From positions 352,001 through 416,000 of the forward strand of contig CBFIDD010000002.1 in NCBI GenBank assembly GCA_965661285.1: 64,000 bases of DNA. Direction: 5' to 3'. Source of the DNA: Poseidonia sp. GTDB lineage: Archaea; Thermoplasmatota; Poseidoniia; Poseidoniales; Poseidoniaceae. How positions within the stretch are numbered: the stretch's first letter is position 1; the number at the start of each line of letters is the position of its first letter. Shown here piece by piece: positions 40,611-50,252 of the stretch. A program made the translations under genes and the position numbers. A model generated the notes under the pieces. It saw only the letters and a list, made by a program, of their open reading frames with translations, had not been told where the DNA came from and ran no database searches.

Positions 40611-43600
40611 TCAGTAGTGAACGGTGAGTTTGCGAGGTTCAAGAACTTCTTCGATGCTCGCACGCATGGCTGCAACCTCCATGGTGGCGCCTCGCATCGT
40701 GGTCACGAAGGGGATGTTGAGTTCCACCGCCAACCTTCGCATCATGTTCCCGTCTCGAACGGCACCGCCCGAAACGGTGGGGACATTCACGATGAAACTG
40801 ACCTTGCCCTGACGCATGAGATCAAGTGCATCGGGGTGCTTGCCCTCAGCAATTCTGTAGACCGTTGTTACGGGTACATCGTGTCGACGAAGCGCATCTG
40901 CCGTTCCGCCTGTGGCGTAGAGCGTGAAGCCAATGTTGACGAGTTCCTTGGCGACGGGCACGAGGTTCTCCTTGTCTTCGTCTCGAACCGTCAGGTAGGC
41001 TCCGCCTTCGGTCGCAACCGGAACTTCCGTGGCCAGTCTCGCCTTGAGGTAGGCCAAATCGGCGCGCTCATCCGAGCCGTAGACTTCGCCCGTGGACTTC
41101 ATTTCTGGCCCCGGAGCGGGGTCAAGACCTCGCAATTTGATGAACGGGAAGACCGGGGCCTTCACGCAGACCTGGCCTGAGGTGCGGCGTGGAATCTCCT
41201 GGCTGGAAAGCGGCTGGCCGATGGTGATGCGAGCCGCAATACGAGCAAGGGGCAGGCCGGAGGCTTTTGCGACAAAGGGAACGGTACGGGAGGACCTCGG
41301 ATTGACTTCAAGCACGTAGAGGTCGTCGCCTTGGATGGCAAATTGGATGTTGAAACAGCCCTTGATCTTCAGCCCAATGCCGATGATTTTGGTTTGCTCT
41401 GCGATGCGCTCAAGCATGTCCTCGGGAATGTTCTGTGCGGGAATGAAACAGGTCGAATCGCCGGAGTGAATGCCGGCTTCTTCCAGATGTTCCATGATGG
41501 CTCCCACGAGAACATCCTCACCGTCAGAGGCGGCATCGACGTCAATTTCCGTAGCGTGGCCGAGGTATTCGTCGACCAGGAGCGGCTTGTCGGGAGCGAG
41601 GTACGCCTCTCGCAGGTAGCCGTCAAGTTGCTGTTGATTGGACAAAATCTCCATGCCGCGTCCACCCAAAACGTAGGAGGGACGGACCAGCACGGGGAAG
41701 CCGATTTCCTCAACCGCAGCTCGCAGATCGTCGGCCGTTGTTCCCGTCGCACCCCGTGGCATCCGCAGACCGTGGCGACTGGCAAAGGCCTCGAAGCGCT
41801 CTCGGTCGCTCGCTTCGTCGATGGCATCGCACGACGTACCCATGATGGCAAGGTCGAGGCCGCTGGCCGTCAAATCGGGCAGACGCGCCTCGAGTGGGAG
41901 CGCCAAATTGATGGCTGTTTGACCGCCGAATTGAAGCAGAATACCGTGGGCCCGCTCCCGAAGTAAAATTTCACTTACATACTCCAAGGTGAGCGGGTCA
42001 AAGTACAATCGGTCGGAGGTGTCGAAATCCGTTGACACCGTTTCCGGGTTGTTGTTGATGAGGATGGCGTCCTTGCCCGCTTCGCGAATGGCTTTGACGG
42101 CGTGAACACAGCCGTAGTCAAACTCAATGCCCTGGCCGATGCGAATGGGACCGCTTCCGATGGCGACAAGTCGCTCTTTGGTGCGTTCCTCCATGTTGGG
42201 CAGCAGGTCGATGCCCGGCAGGCCGTGCGGCTCGTAGGTGGAGTAGTAGTACGGGGTTTTGGCAGCAAATTCTGCCGCACACGAATCGACCATCCGGTAG
42301 ACGGGGTGAAGGTTGAGCTGGTGGCGACGCACCATAACGGACCGCTCGTCCTGACCCGAGGCCAGTGATTTCAGGCCTTCCGGAGGGAAGCCCGCCAGTG
42401 CGTCAGCGATGTGCGCATCGCTAAAGCCGTGGCTCTTCCACAGACGGAGTTCCTCCTCGGTTAACTCAGCGGGAGAGACACCTCGCTCAACGATGCTGCG
42501 CTCCATCTGGGCCAGTCGTTCAAACCCGTAGAGGAACCAGCGGGTGATGCGGGTGATTTCGTGGACTCGCTCAATCGTCCAACCGCGCCTGAACGCTTCG
42601 AGGAGGGCGCCCATGCGACGGTCGGTCGCCACGGCCAGCCATTCGACCAGCGTGTTGTCCGGGAGCGGTTCGTGGGCCCGCTGCGACATGCCTTCACCTT
42701 CGGATTCGTCCGCACGCGTCAAGGGACGGGGGTGGGCGCATCCCTGTTCAAGCGAAGCCCAAGCCTTGAGGAAGGCTTCTTCGAAATTGCGTCCAATGGC
42801 CATCACTTCACCCGTGGATTTCATCGACGTGCCCAAGGTGCGGTCAGCGGTTCGGAATTTGTCAAAGGGCCACCGAGGAATTTTCACCACGCAGTAATCC
42901 AACGTGGGTTCAAAAGCAGCGGTCGTGCCCTCACCGGTGATCGGATTGGGCAATTCATCAAGGGTGTAGCCAACGGCGATTTTGGCCGCCATGCGTGCGA
43001 TGGGGTACCCGGTGGCTTTGGAGGCAAGCGCTGAGGAGCGGGAAACCCGGGGGTTGACTTCGATGACGCGAATCTCCCCGGTGAATTGGTTGAAGGCAAA
43101 CTGCACGTTGCAGCCGCCTTTGATGTTCAGCGCGCGAATCAAGGCCAAGGCTTGGTTTCGAAGACGCTGATGGTCCGCATCGCTGAAGGATTGGAGCGGG
43201 GCGACCACGGTGGATTCGCCGGTGTGGACACCCATCGGGTCGATGTTTTCCATGGTACACACGATGGTGGCGTTGTCGGCCTCGTCGCGCATCACTTCGT
43301 ATTCGAGTTCCTGCCATCCCAAAATGGACTCCTCAATGAGGACCTGAGAGATGCGAGAATTGCGAAGACCGAGTTGTGAAATTTCCACCAGTTCGCCCAT
43401 GTCTCGGGCCGTACCGCCGCCCAAACCACCCAGCGTGAAGGCCGGGCGAATCAGGATGGGCCAGCTTCCGATGAGTTCCGCAGCCGCGATGACCTCGTCG
43501 ATGGAATTGCACGCCACCGCTTGACTGATGGGCAGGTTGATGGATTCACAGACCTTGTTGAACAGTTCACGATCCTCTGCCTTGTCGATGGCGTCCAAAT

Positions 43601-43955
43601 CCGAACCGATGAGTTCCACACCCAGTCGCTTCAACGTGCCGTTGTGCGAGAGTTCACTGGCGATGTTGAGCGCGGTTTGACCGCCCATGCCCGCCAGCAA
43701 GGCGCACGGTCGCTCTTTTTCGAGAATCTTGGCGATGGTGTCGGGCAGGAGCGGCTCGATGTAGACGATGTCAGCCATCTCAGGGTCGTTTTGAATGGTG
43801 GCCGGGTTGGAGTTGACGAGAATGACCTTGTAGCCGTCTTCTCGCAGCGCACGGACGGCTTGGGAGCCCGAGAAGTCAAACTCCGCTGCTTGGCCGATTT
43901 TGATGGGCCCGCTGCCCAAGACCATGATCGTCTCAAGGTCGTCCCGGCGTGGCAT
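40611..43955 (-). CDS. carB: Carbamoyl-phosphate synthase large subunit
   Basis: GSGPIKIGQAAEFDFSG, duplicated ATP-grasp domains, NPRVSRSSALASKATG, MGS domain. Confidence 0.97.
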   Translation of the reverse strand: MPRRDDLETIMVLGSGPIKIGQAAEFDFSGSQAVRALREDGYKVILVNSNPATIQNDPEMADIVYIEPLLPDTIAKILEKERPCALLAGMGGQTALNIASELSHNGTLKRLGVELIGSDLDAIDKAEDRELFNKVCESINLPISQAVACNSIDEVIAAAELIGSWPILIRPAFTLGGLGGGTARDMGELVEISQLGLRNSRISQVLIEESILGWQELEYEVMRDEADNATIVCTMENIDPMGVHTGESTVVAPLQSFSDADHQRLRNQALALIRALNIKGGCNVQFAFNQFTGEIRVIEVNPRVSRSSALASKATGYPIARMAAKIAVGYTLDELPNPITGEGTTAAFEPTLDYCVVKIPRWPFDKFRTADRTLGTSMKSTGEVMAIGRNFEEAFLKAWASLEQGCAHPRPLTRADESEGEGMSQRAHEPLPDNTLVEWLAVATDRRMGALLEAFRRGWTIERVHEITRITRWFLYGFERLAQMERSIVERGVSPAELTEEELRLWKSHGFSDAHIADALAGFPPEGLKSLASGQDERSVMVRRHQLNLHPVYRMVDSCAAEFAAKTPYYYSTYEPHGLPGIDLLPNMEERTKERLVAIGSGPIRIGQGIEFDYGCVHAVKAIREAGKDAILINNNPETVSTDFDTSDRLYFDPLTLEYVSEILLRERAHGILLQFGGQTAINLALPLEARLPDLTASGLDLAIMGTSCDAIDEASDRERFEAFASRHGLRMPRGATGTTADDLRAAVEEIGFPVLVRPSYVLGGRGMEILSNQQQLDGYLREAYLAPDKPLLVDEYLGHATEIDVDAASDGEDVLVGAIMEHLEEAGIHSGDSTCFIPAQNIPEDMLERIAEQTKIIGIGLKIKGCFNIQFAIQGDDLYVLEVNPRSSRTVPFVAKASGLPLARIAARITIGQPLSSQEIPRRTSGQVCVKAPVFPFIKLRGLDPAPGPEMKSTGEVYGSDERADLAYLKARLATEVPVATEGGAYLTVRDEDKENLVPVAKELVNIGFTLYATGGTADALRRHDVPVTTVYRIAEGKHPDALDLMRQGKVSFIVNVPTVSGGAVRDGNMMRRLAVELNIPFVTTMRGATMEVAAMRASIEEVLEPRKLTVHY

Positions 43956-45262
43956 CAAACATCGCCTCCCAAGTGAGCGTCCACCATGCCACGGAACCGA
44001 AGGAAGAGCGGTGCAGCGTCGTGAGGCCCCGGGCAAGCCTCGGGGTGGAACTGGACCGTGAAGCAGGGTTTACCGATGACATCGAGCCCCTCAACCGTAC
44101 CGTCGTTGGCGTTCACGTAGCGCACCTCAACCTCAGAGCCGTGCTGATTGGAGACGGCAGGCGAAGTGGCACCAGTGGGGTGGGCTGCCAGCATACCGTC
44201 GCTGGGATGGGCCACGGCAAACCCGTGGTTCTGGCTGGTGATGGACACCGTTTGATCCTGTAGATCAACCACCGGTTGGTTTGCGCCTCGGTGGCCGTAG
44301 CGCATCTTGTAGGTTTGCAAACCGGATGCAAGACCCATGAGTTGGTGGCCAAGACAAATGCCCATGACGGGCAGACCGTCCCGTACTGCACGGGCAAGCG
44401 TGTTGCGTGCAGCGGTGGCTTTTCCTGGATGCGCAGGGTCGCCTGGACCGTTGCTGCAAAACAAGGCATCGATAGCGTATTCGCTCATCAGCCGGTCGTA
44501 GTCCATGTCCGGAGGACACCAAACGACATCGAACACCATGCAGAGATGGCGAAGGATGTTGTGCTTCACACCGCAATCAAGAACGCCGAGCCGAGGCTTA
44601 CGTGCCCCGAGTTCATCGGTTGAGCCAGGATTCAACTCAAGGGGTTCATCGATGGAAACCTCGTCCACCAAGTCTTCCAGTTCCGGCGAGGTCAAACCTG
44701 CGAGTTGTGTTTTCATCTCCTCCTCCCGCTCCGCCGGGCCGAACACGCAGAGAACCGTCCCCAATTCTCGCACTCGCCGGGTGATGGCTCGGGTGTCGAT
44801 GTTGTGAATTCCAGGCACACCATGCAGGCGGAGGAATTCGTCCACCGTTCCCACTGCGTGTCGATGGTCGGGCTGGTGCATGGCGTGGCGCACGACGACG
44901 CCTTTGGGCCAAACCTTGCCGGACTCGGAGGCGCCTGCATGGACACCGTAGTTGCCGATGAGCGGGTAGGTGAACGTGAGGACCTGTCCGGCAAAGGAGG
45001 GGTCGGTCAACGATTCTTGATAGCCCATCATGCCGGTGGTGAACACCAATTCGCCCGACCCGATCGTACGGGCTCCAAACAATTCCCCCAAGTAGCGTCC
45101 ACCGTCTGCGGTCAACAGCACACCAGCACCTGAGGCCCCTTCGGGCAACTCCGCACCGTTGGCCAACCCATCGGCTGCATCAGGAATGTCGAGGGAGGAT
45201 GGATGGTACAGGCGATGGGTCGCCGGTAGGGAGCGTGTATTTGCGATGCCGCCCCCTAACAT
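43955..45262 (-). CDS. carA: Carbamoyl-phosphate synthase small subunit (start uncertain)
   Basis: GELVFTTGMMGYQE, SNGPGDP, GICLGHQ, QFHPEA; TGATG coupling to carB. Confidence 0.95.
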   Translation of the reverse strand: MLGGGIANTRSLPATHRLYHPSSLDIPDAADGLANGAELPEGASGAGVLLTADGGRYLGELFGARTIGSGELVFTTGMMGYQESLTDPSFAGQVLTFTYPLIGNYGVHAGASESGKVWPKGVVVRHAMHQPDHRHAVGTVDEFLRLHGVPGIHNIDTRAITRRVRELGTVLCVFGPAEREEEMKTQLAGLTSPELEDLVDEVSIDEPLELNPGSTDELGARKPRLGVLDCGVKHNILRHLCMVFDVVWCPPDMDYDRLMSEYAIDALFCSNGPGDPAHPGKATAARNTLARAVRDGLPVMGICLGHQLMGLASGLQTYKMRYGHRGANQPVVDLQDQTVSITSQNHGFAVAHPSDGMLAAHPTGATSPAVSNQHGSEVEVRYVNANDGTVEGLDVIGKPCFTVQFHPEACPGPHDAAPLFLRFRGMVDAHLGGDV

Positions 45263-45381
45263 TGATTTTTGTCGGAAAAGGCCCCTCATAATGATTGGGT
45301 GCGTAGTTCCATGAAACCAAGTTTGGGGAAAACCCGAACAGTGTGTGAAAAAGAGGGAGCAGAGAACCAAGTAAGAAGAAA

Positions 45382-45951
45382 TTAACTTTCTTTTTTCTTC
45401 TCGTGGTCAATGACCGACTTGCCACGGGCGGAGGGCTCGATGACCAGACGAGCCCCGGGGAAGTGGCGCTCGGTGCCGCCTTGTCCAAACCAGCCCTCCA
45501 TGAACAGGGCCAAGGCTGCCACTTCCGAATGCGGTTGATTGCCCACGGCTACGTTGTATTGGGAATATTCGAAGACATCGCTTGGCACTTTTGCACCGCC
45601 GACGACGACCACGACCGGCCGGTCCCTGCGAATGCGAGGAATGACCTCTCGGTAGGGCTCACCGTACATGGTCAAGTGAACGGCAACCCCTGGTTCTCCA
45701 TCACCGGCATCGTGCTGCGTGAATCGGCGTAACCATCCCATGGCTCCCCCGATGTGCTCGCATTCCATGGTGCCCCCAAAGCGGTCGTTCACAGAGGCGA
45801 CGTTTTCGAAGAGCTCTTTGTCCTCATCGCCAGCGAGCATGAACTTCGTGGCACCGAGAGCACGAGAAACCAACGCCAGGTGGGTGGTGATGCGAGGGTC
45901 CCGTCCCTTGCGGTAGCCCAACCTCAAGACGTTGAACGGCGAGGTGCTCAT
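45382..45951 (-). CDS. trm56: tRNA (cytidine(56)-2'-O)-methyltransferase aTrm56
   Basis: RDPRITTH, VHLTMYG, VGGAKVP, NQPHSEVAALA. Confidence 0.93.
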   Translation of the reverse strand: MSTSPFNVLRLGYRKGRDPRITTHLALVSRALGATKFMLAGDEDKELFENVASVNDRFGGTMECEHIGGAMGWLRRFTQHDAGDGEPGVAVHLTMYGEPYREVIPRIRRDRPVVVVVGGAKVPSDVFEYSQYNVAVGNQPHSEVAALALFMEGWFGQGGTERHFPGARLVIEPSARGKSVIDHEKKKES

Positions 45952-45988
45952 GCCACGGGGAATCCCCTCGCCCTCATGAGGATAGCGT

Positions 45989-46639
45989 TCAATCTTCGGA
46001 GACGCCCTTGCCGACACCGGAACCCGGCGTTTGCTCGTTCCGCTCCGAGAAATCGAAGTCGTTTACGTCCATGAAACGGATGAGCCACTTGAGAAGAAGT
46101 GCATTGACGATCAAATTCGAACCGTATGTGGTGCCGCCCCAAAGAAGGCCCAATCGGACCGAACGCCAGACGCCGAGCTGAACATCAAGGTCGTAGTTGG
46201 CGATAAAGAGGGCCGAAACCAAGGGTTCGGCGACATAGAGGCCCGCCAAGATGATCATGCCACCAGCAGCGGTTGAAGGCAGAATCTTGCCCATGTCTCG
46301 ACTGAATTCCGTGAGCAGGGCCGAAAACAACGAGAGCACCATGACGGCGAGCGCCGCTTGCTCGAAATTGAGGGAAAAGAACACCGAGATACCGTCGGCT
46401 AGGTCGTCGTTGTTGCCGCCGATAAATAACCACCAAATAACGACCATGAGGGTGATGAGCATCCCGCCGTTTTTGGAATCCCTCGCCGCCATGTCGTAGA
46501 CGTGTTGCGGGGTGCGAGGATTCAGGCGCTTCAAAATGCGTTCAGCAAATTCCCAATCTTGGGGCAACTGGCCACCGGCTCCACCGACGTGGGCACCCAA
46601 GGAGGCTTCGCCTTCCAGCAATGCATCCACCTCGGACAT
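45989..46639 (-). CDS. Hypothetical membrane protein (about 4 TM)
   Basis: Several hydrophobic helices. Confidence 0.7.
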   Translation of the reverse strand: MSEVDALLEGEASLGAHVGGAGGQLPQDWEFAERILKRLNPRTPQHVYDMAARDSKNGGMLITLMVVIWWLFIGGNNDDLADGISVFFSLNFEQAALAVMVLSLFSALLTEFSRDMGKILPSTAAGGMIILAGLYVAEPLVSALFIANYDLDVQLGVWRSVRLGLLWGGTTYGSNLIVNALLLKWLIRFMDVNDFDFSERNEQTPGSGVGKGVSED

Positions 46640-46691
46640 GCCTACCCGTTCCTCGTAACAACTTATCAAACCTGCCGAACTGGGCAGGGCC

Positions 46692-47549
46692 ATGACCTCG
46701 GACTTTGGACACGCACCAAACCGCCGAGCACGGATTGCAGAAGCCCTGAAGTTCAATCACGCACCACGAATCATGGGCATCGTCAACGCAACCGAGGACT
46801 CATTCTTTGCGGGCAGTCGGGCTACTGGCCATGATGCCATCCAGCGTGGCGTTGCCATGTGGGACGCCGGTGCCACCTGGATTGATGTCGGTGGTGAATC
46901 CACACGACCCGGAGCCGGACCCGTCAGCATCATCGCAGAAAAGAAGCGTGTGGTCCCCGTTATCGAAGGCCTGCGGGCCGCCCGTCCGGAGGGTTTGATC
47001 TCCGTTGATACGCGCCACGCAGAAGTGGCCAGGGCGGCCCTCCAAGCAGGTGCTGACATGGTCAATGACGTCTCGGGTTTGCGCGACCCTGCCATGGTTG
47101 AACTCGTGGTGGAGACGGGCTGTGCTGTATGCATCATGCACATGCAGGGCGAGCCCGGTTCCATGCAAGACAACCCTTCCTACGCAGATGTGGTCAGCGA
47201 GGTGGGTCAGATGCTTGAGGACGTGAAGGCCGAACTCGTGGGACGGGGACATCCAGAAGCGCTGATTTGCATCGACCCGGGCATTGGATTTGGAAAAACG
47301 CAAGACCACAACATTGCCCTCCTCCAAGCCGGTCGCAGCGTGTTGAAATCCAATGGCGCCATCCTTTGGGGCGTTTCGAGAAAAAGTGTCGTGGGACATC
47401 TCACCGGGCACGCCAACCCGGAGGACCGCCTTGCTGGAACCTTGGGTTTGGCGGCCGTGGCCCACCGCATGAACATCGACATCCTTCGGGTACACGATGT
47501 GCAGGAGCACGCGGACCTGTTGGCAGCGTTGGCCATCCACTCAGCCTAA
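46692..47549 (+). CDS. folP: Dihydropteroate synthase (bacterial type)
   Basis: MGIVNATEDSF, DVGGESTRPGA, SVDT, NDVSG, MHMQG, DPGIGFGK, SRKS, RVHDV. Confidence 0.95.
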   Translation: MTSDFGHAPNRRARIAEALKFNHAPRIMGIVNATEDSFFAGSRATGHDAIQRGVAMWDAGATWIDVGGESTRPGAGPVSIIAEKKRVVPVIEGLRAARPEGLISVDTRHAEVARAALQAGADMVNDVSGLRDPAMVELVVETGCAVCIMHMQGEPGSMQDNPSYADVVSEVGQMLEDVKAELVGRGHPEALICIDPGIGFGKTQDHNIALLQAGRSVLKSNGAILWGVSRKSVVGHLTGHANPEDRLAGTLGLAAVAHRMNIDILRVHDVQEHADLLAALAIHSA

Positions 47550-48701
47550 TCCAAGACCGCCCAAGAGAATCAAGGGAGCCGCCCAAGCACCCAGCATTGA
47601 GCCAAGGTTGGTCAGGGCCGTCACGAGCAGGACCTTTCCCGCGGGGTTTGACCAAAACGAGGACAAGTCATCGAGTTTGAGGAAGTGTTGGAGGTCTTCA
47701 GCGGTCGGCTCAGCGAGTCGGAGTTGGACATACCCGGCAAACCAACCGGCGGCAAGGGCTGGATTCAGTGAGGTGATCGGAGAGGCGAGGGCTGCGGTGA
47801 GCACCGCCAGTGGATGCCCGCGAGCAAGAAGGCAAGCCAACGCGGCAAACACGGCGTTGGCTGCCGTCCAGACGGTGAAGAAGGTCAACCAGTCAATGTC
47901 CTGGCTTGTGGAGAGCACCGCGGCCAAAACCCCGATCATCACGAGGGGAAACGCCCAAGGAAGAAACCTCCGAACGGTCGATGGCGAAGGGAGTTCTTCA
48001 AGGGCTTCGGAATCTATAGAATCTGGTTCATCGCTCAATTTTTCAGCAACACCGTTGAGGTGACCTGCACCGAGCACCGCCAAGATTCGTTTCTCACCAT
48101 CGAGCGCATTCAGTTTTGCTGCGATGTATCCGTCTCGCTCGTCGATGAGGACCTCACCAGCACCGGGCGAGAACCCCTTCAGTTCCTCCATCATGGAGGA
48201 CAAGAGGTCGCTGTCTTGGAGTAACTCGTTGACGTCGAGCTCATCCTCGTCCTCTTCCTCTGCCAGCAGGGAGGTCAGGAGACGCCATTTTTCTCGCAGT
48301 CGCATGCGTTTCCATGCCCGGCGCAGCGTGGTCTGAATGTCCCGGTCAACCAAGGCGACTTCACAACCCACTTCGTTGGCAACCTCCACAGCAGCCAAGA
48401 GTTCGGCGCCAGGTTGTTGCCCTTCGTTGATACCAAGTTTCCGCTGCTCTGCAGAGAGCATGGACTGCAACAGCACCATCGGCGCTTTACCTTCTTTGAT
48501 CACTTTGAGCAGGCCTTCCTTGTCCAAACGGCGGTCGCTTACCAAGGTATCATGGCGGCTTTGGCACAACTCCACCGCCACAATATCGGGCTGGTATTCG
48601 GCGATCTGTTGACGCACCGCTTCAACCGATGAAGTGGCGATATGCGCTGTCCCGAGCAGTCGGAGGTTTGGTGCGATATCAATCAATGGAGCGGTCGTCA
48701 T
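47541..48701 (-). CDS. TraB/PrgY/GumN family protein with C-terminal TM domain
   Basis: GTAH, VELC, PGAE, LIDERD, GAGHL; TM region with SPITSLNP. Confidence 0.9.
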   Translation of the reverse strand: MTTAPLIDIAPNLRLLGTAHIATSSVEAVRQQIAEYQPDIVAVELCQSRHDTLVSDRRLDKEGLLKVIKEGKAPMVLLQSMLSAEQRKLGINEGQQPGAELLAAVEVANEVGCEVALVDRDIQTTLRRAWKRMRLREKWRLLTSLLAEEEDEDELDVNELLQDSDLLSSMMEELKGFSPGAGEVLIDERDGYIAAKLNALDGEKRILAVLGAGHLNGVAEKLSDEPDSIDSEALEELPSPSTVRRFLPWAFPLVMIGVLAAVLSTSQDIDWLTFFTVWTAANAVFAALACLLARGHPLAVLTAALASPITSLNPALAAGWFAGYVQLRLAEPTAEDLQHFLKLDDLSSFWSNPAGKVLLVTALTNLGSMLGAWAAPLILLGGLGLG

Positions 48702-48741
48702 GGAGGAACCTCATGCAGGTAGCTTGAGGAGCCGAACGGTT

Positions 48742-49317
48742 TCAGAACGAAATTTGAACGTTCTCACGAGCGATGCCCTCAACGGACCAGAGTTCTCGGC
48801 GAACGGAGCCCTTGATGCCTGCAACGATGTTGGAGGGGATCATCTGAATGGCCTTGTTGTAGTTGGTCGAAGCTGCGTTGTAGAATTCTCGGCGGTCGGC
48901 CAGTTGGTTTTCCAACGAAACGAGTTGGTTTTGCAGGTTCAAGAAGTTGGCGTTGGCCTTGAGGTCGGGGTATTGCTCAGCGACCATGTTGATTCGAGGA
49001 AGCATGCCAGCAAGCATGCCTTCTGCAGCAGCAACGCCTGCGACATCGCCTTGAGCGAGGGCGCCCGCAGCGGTTTGGCGAGCTTGGGCGAATTGGTCAA
49101 AAATCCCAGCTTCGTGCTCAGCATATCCCTTGACGATGTTCACCATGTTGGGGATCATGTCGTATCGCTGGTTGAGAATAACGTCGATGTTATTCCACGC
49201 GTTTTGGGCATTTTCATCGAGGTTGATGAGGCGGTTCCAGGTTGAGAAGAACCAGACGATGAGAATCAGCACGAAGACGCCGCCCACGGCGAGGGCAACA
49301 ATGGTTGTAGTATCCAT
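48742..49317 (-). CDS. LemA family protein
   Basis: N-terminal TM, LNQRYDMIPN, EQYPDLKAN, RREFYN. Confidence 0.92.
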   Translation of the reverse strand: MDTTTIVALAVGGVFVLILIVWFFSTWNRLINLDENAQNAWNNIDVILNQRYDMIPNMVNIVKGYAEHEAGIFDQFAQARQTAAGALAQGDVAGVAAAEGMLAGMLPRINMVAEQYPDLKANANFLNLQNQLVSLENQLADRREFYNAASTNYNKAIQMIPSNIVAGIKGSVRRELWSVEGIARENVQISF

Positions 49318-49439
49318 AATGGCCTGCAGCCGGAGTACCCTAATGAAACCTTCTCCAGAGAACATCCGGTGTGGGACAACATCATGAACGGACCACACAC
49401 AGGCCGAAATTACACCCGCACTTGGGCGGAGGCCTCGTG

Positions 49440-50252
49440 ATGATGGAAACACTCGTGCTGATGGCGGGGGTTGTTTTTGTGGCCTTTGTGTTCGCCCCCG
49501 TTGGCCTTGGGGGCGGTATGCTCTTTGTTCCACTTCTGCACTATGTTGGCGATTGGCCAATCGATGGCACCCTTCTGGCGGTCTCCCTTGTTTTGACCTG
49601 GGCGGTGAGCATCGGTAGCGGGCTCAAGCACCGAAAAGAAGGATTCGTCCACGCTGCAGCGGCCAACTCCGCCCGGTACGGTGCCGTCATGGGGGCTTTG
49701 ATTGGGGTTGGCATCGTTGTGGCCCTCGGCGACCGGCTGGACGGCGTGTTCAAAATGCTCTCCATCGTCATGCTGGTTTGGGCTTTGAACAGAACCTGGA
49801 AAAAACGGAAGCGAGGAGGCCCTCTCGAGGAACACGAAGGCCAAACTGGCGACATTCGCCATCTGCAACTCCGCGTCGGCAGCAGCATTGGCGGCGCCCT
49901 CTCAGCGGTCTTGGGGATCGGAGCGGGCGTTATTTACGTCCCCGTGCTGCAACAACAGGTGGGCCTGGGGCCCCGAACCGCCATTGGTTCAAGCCTGTCC
50001 GTCATGATGGTGGTGGTTCCCGTTGCGATCGCCACCCTCCTCATCACGGCACCCGAAGGTTTGGTCGAGGAACTGAGGTCGCAACCGTGGTGGCTCTATC
50101 TGTTGCCGTTGTTGGCTGTTGGAGGCGCAGCAGCAGGTGCAAAATTCGGCATAGAGCGCATCAGCAAGGAGAACATCATGAACATCTTCATGACGCTGAT
50201 CGCCATCGTGCTGATTCGCTATGTCGTGGATGTCGCTACGCTCTTCACTTGA
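49440..50252 (+). CDS. TauE/SafE (TSUP) family membrane protein
   Basis: GLGGGMLFVP and GIGAGVIYVP repeats; multi-TM. Confidence 0.85.
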   Translation: MMETLVLMAGVVFVAFVFAPVGLGGGMLFVPLLHYVGDWPIDGTLLAVSLVLTWAVSIGSGLKHRKEGFVHAAAANSARYGAVMGALIGVGIVVALGDRLDGVFKMLSIVMLVWALNRTWKKRKRGGPLEEHEGQTGDIRHLQLRVGSSIGGALSAVLGIGAGVIYVPVLQQQVGLGPRTAIGSSLSVMMVVVPVAIATLLITAPEGLVEELRSQPWWLYLLPLLAVGGAAAGAKFGIERISKENIMNIFMTLIAIVLIRYVVDVATLFT

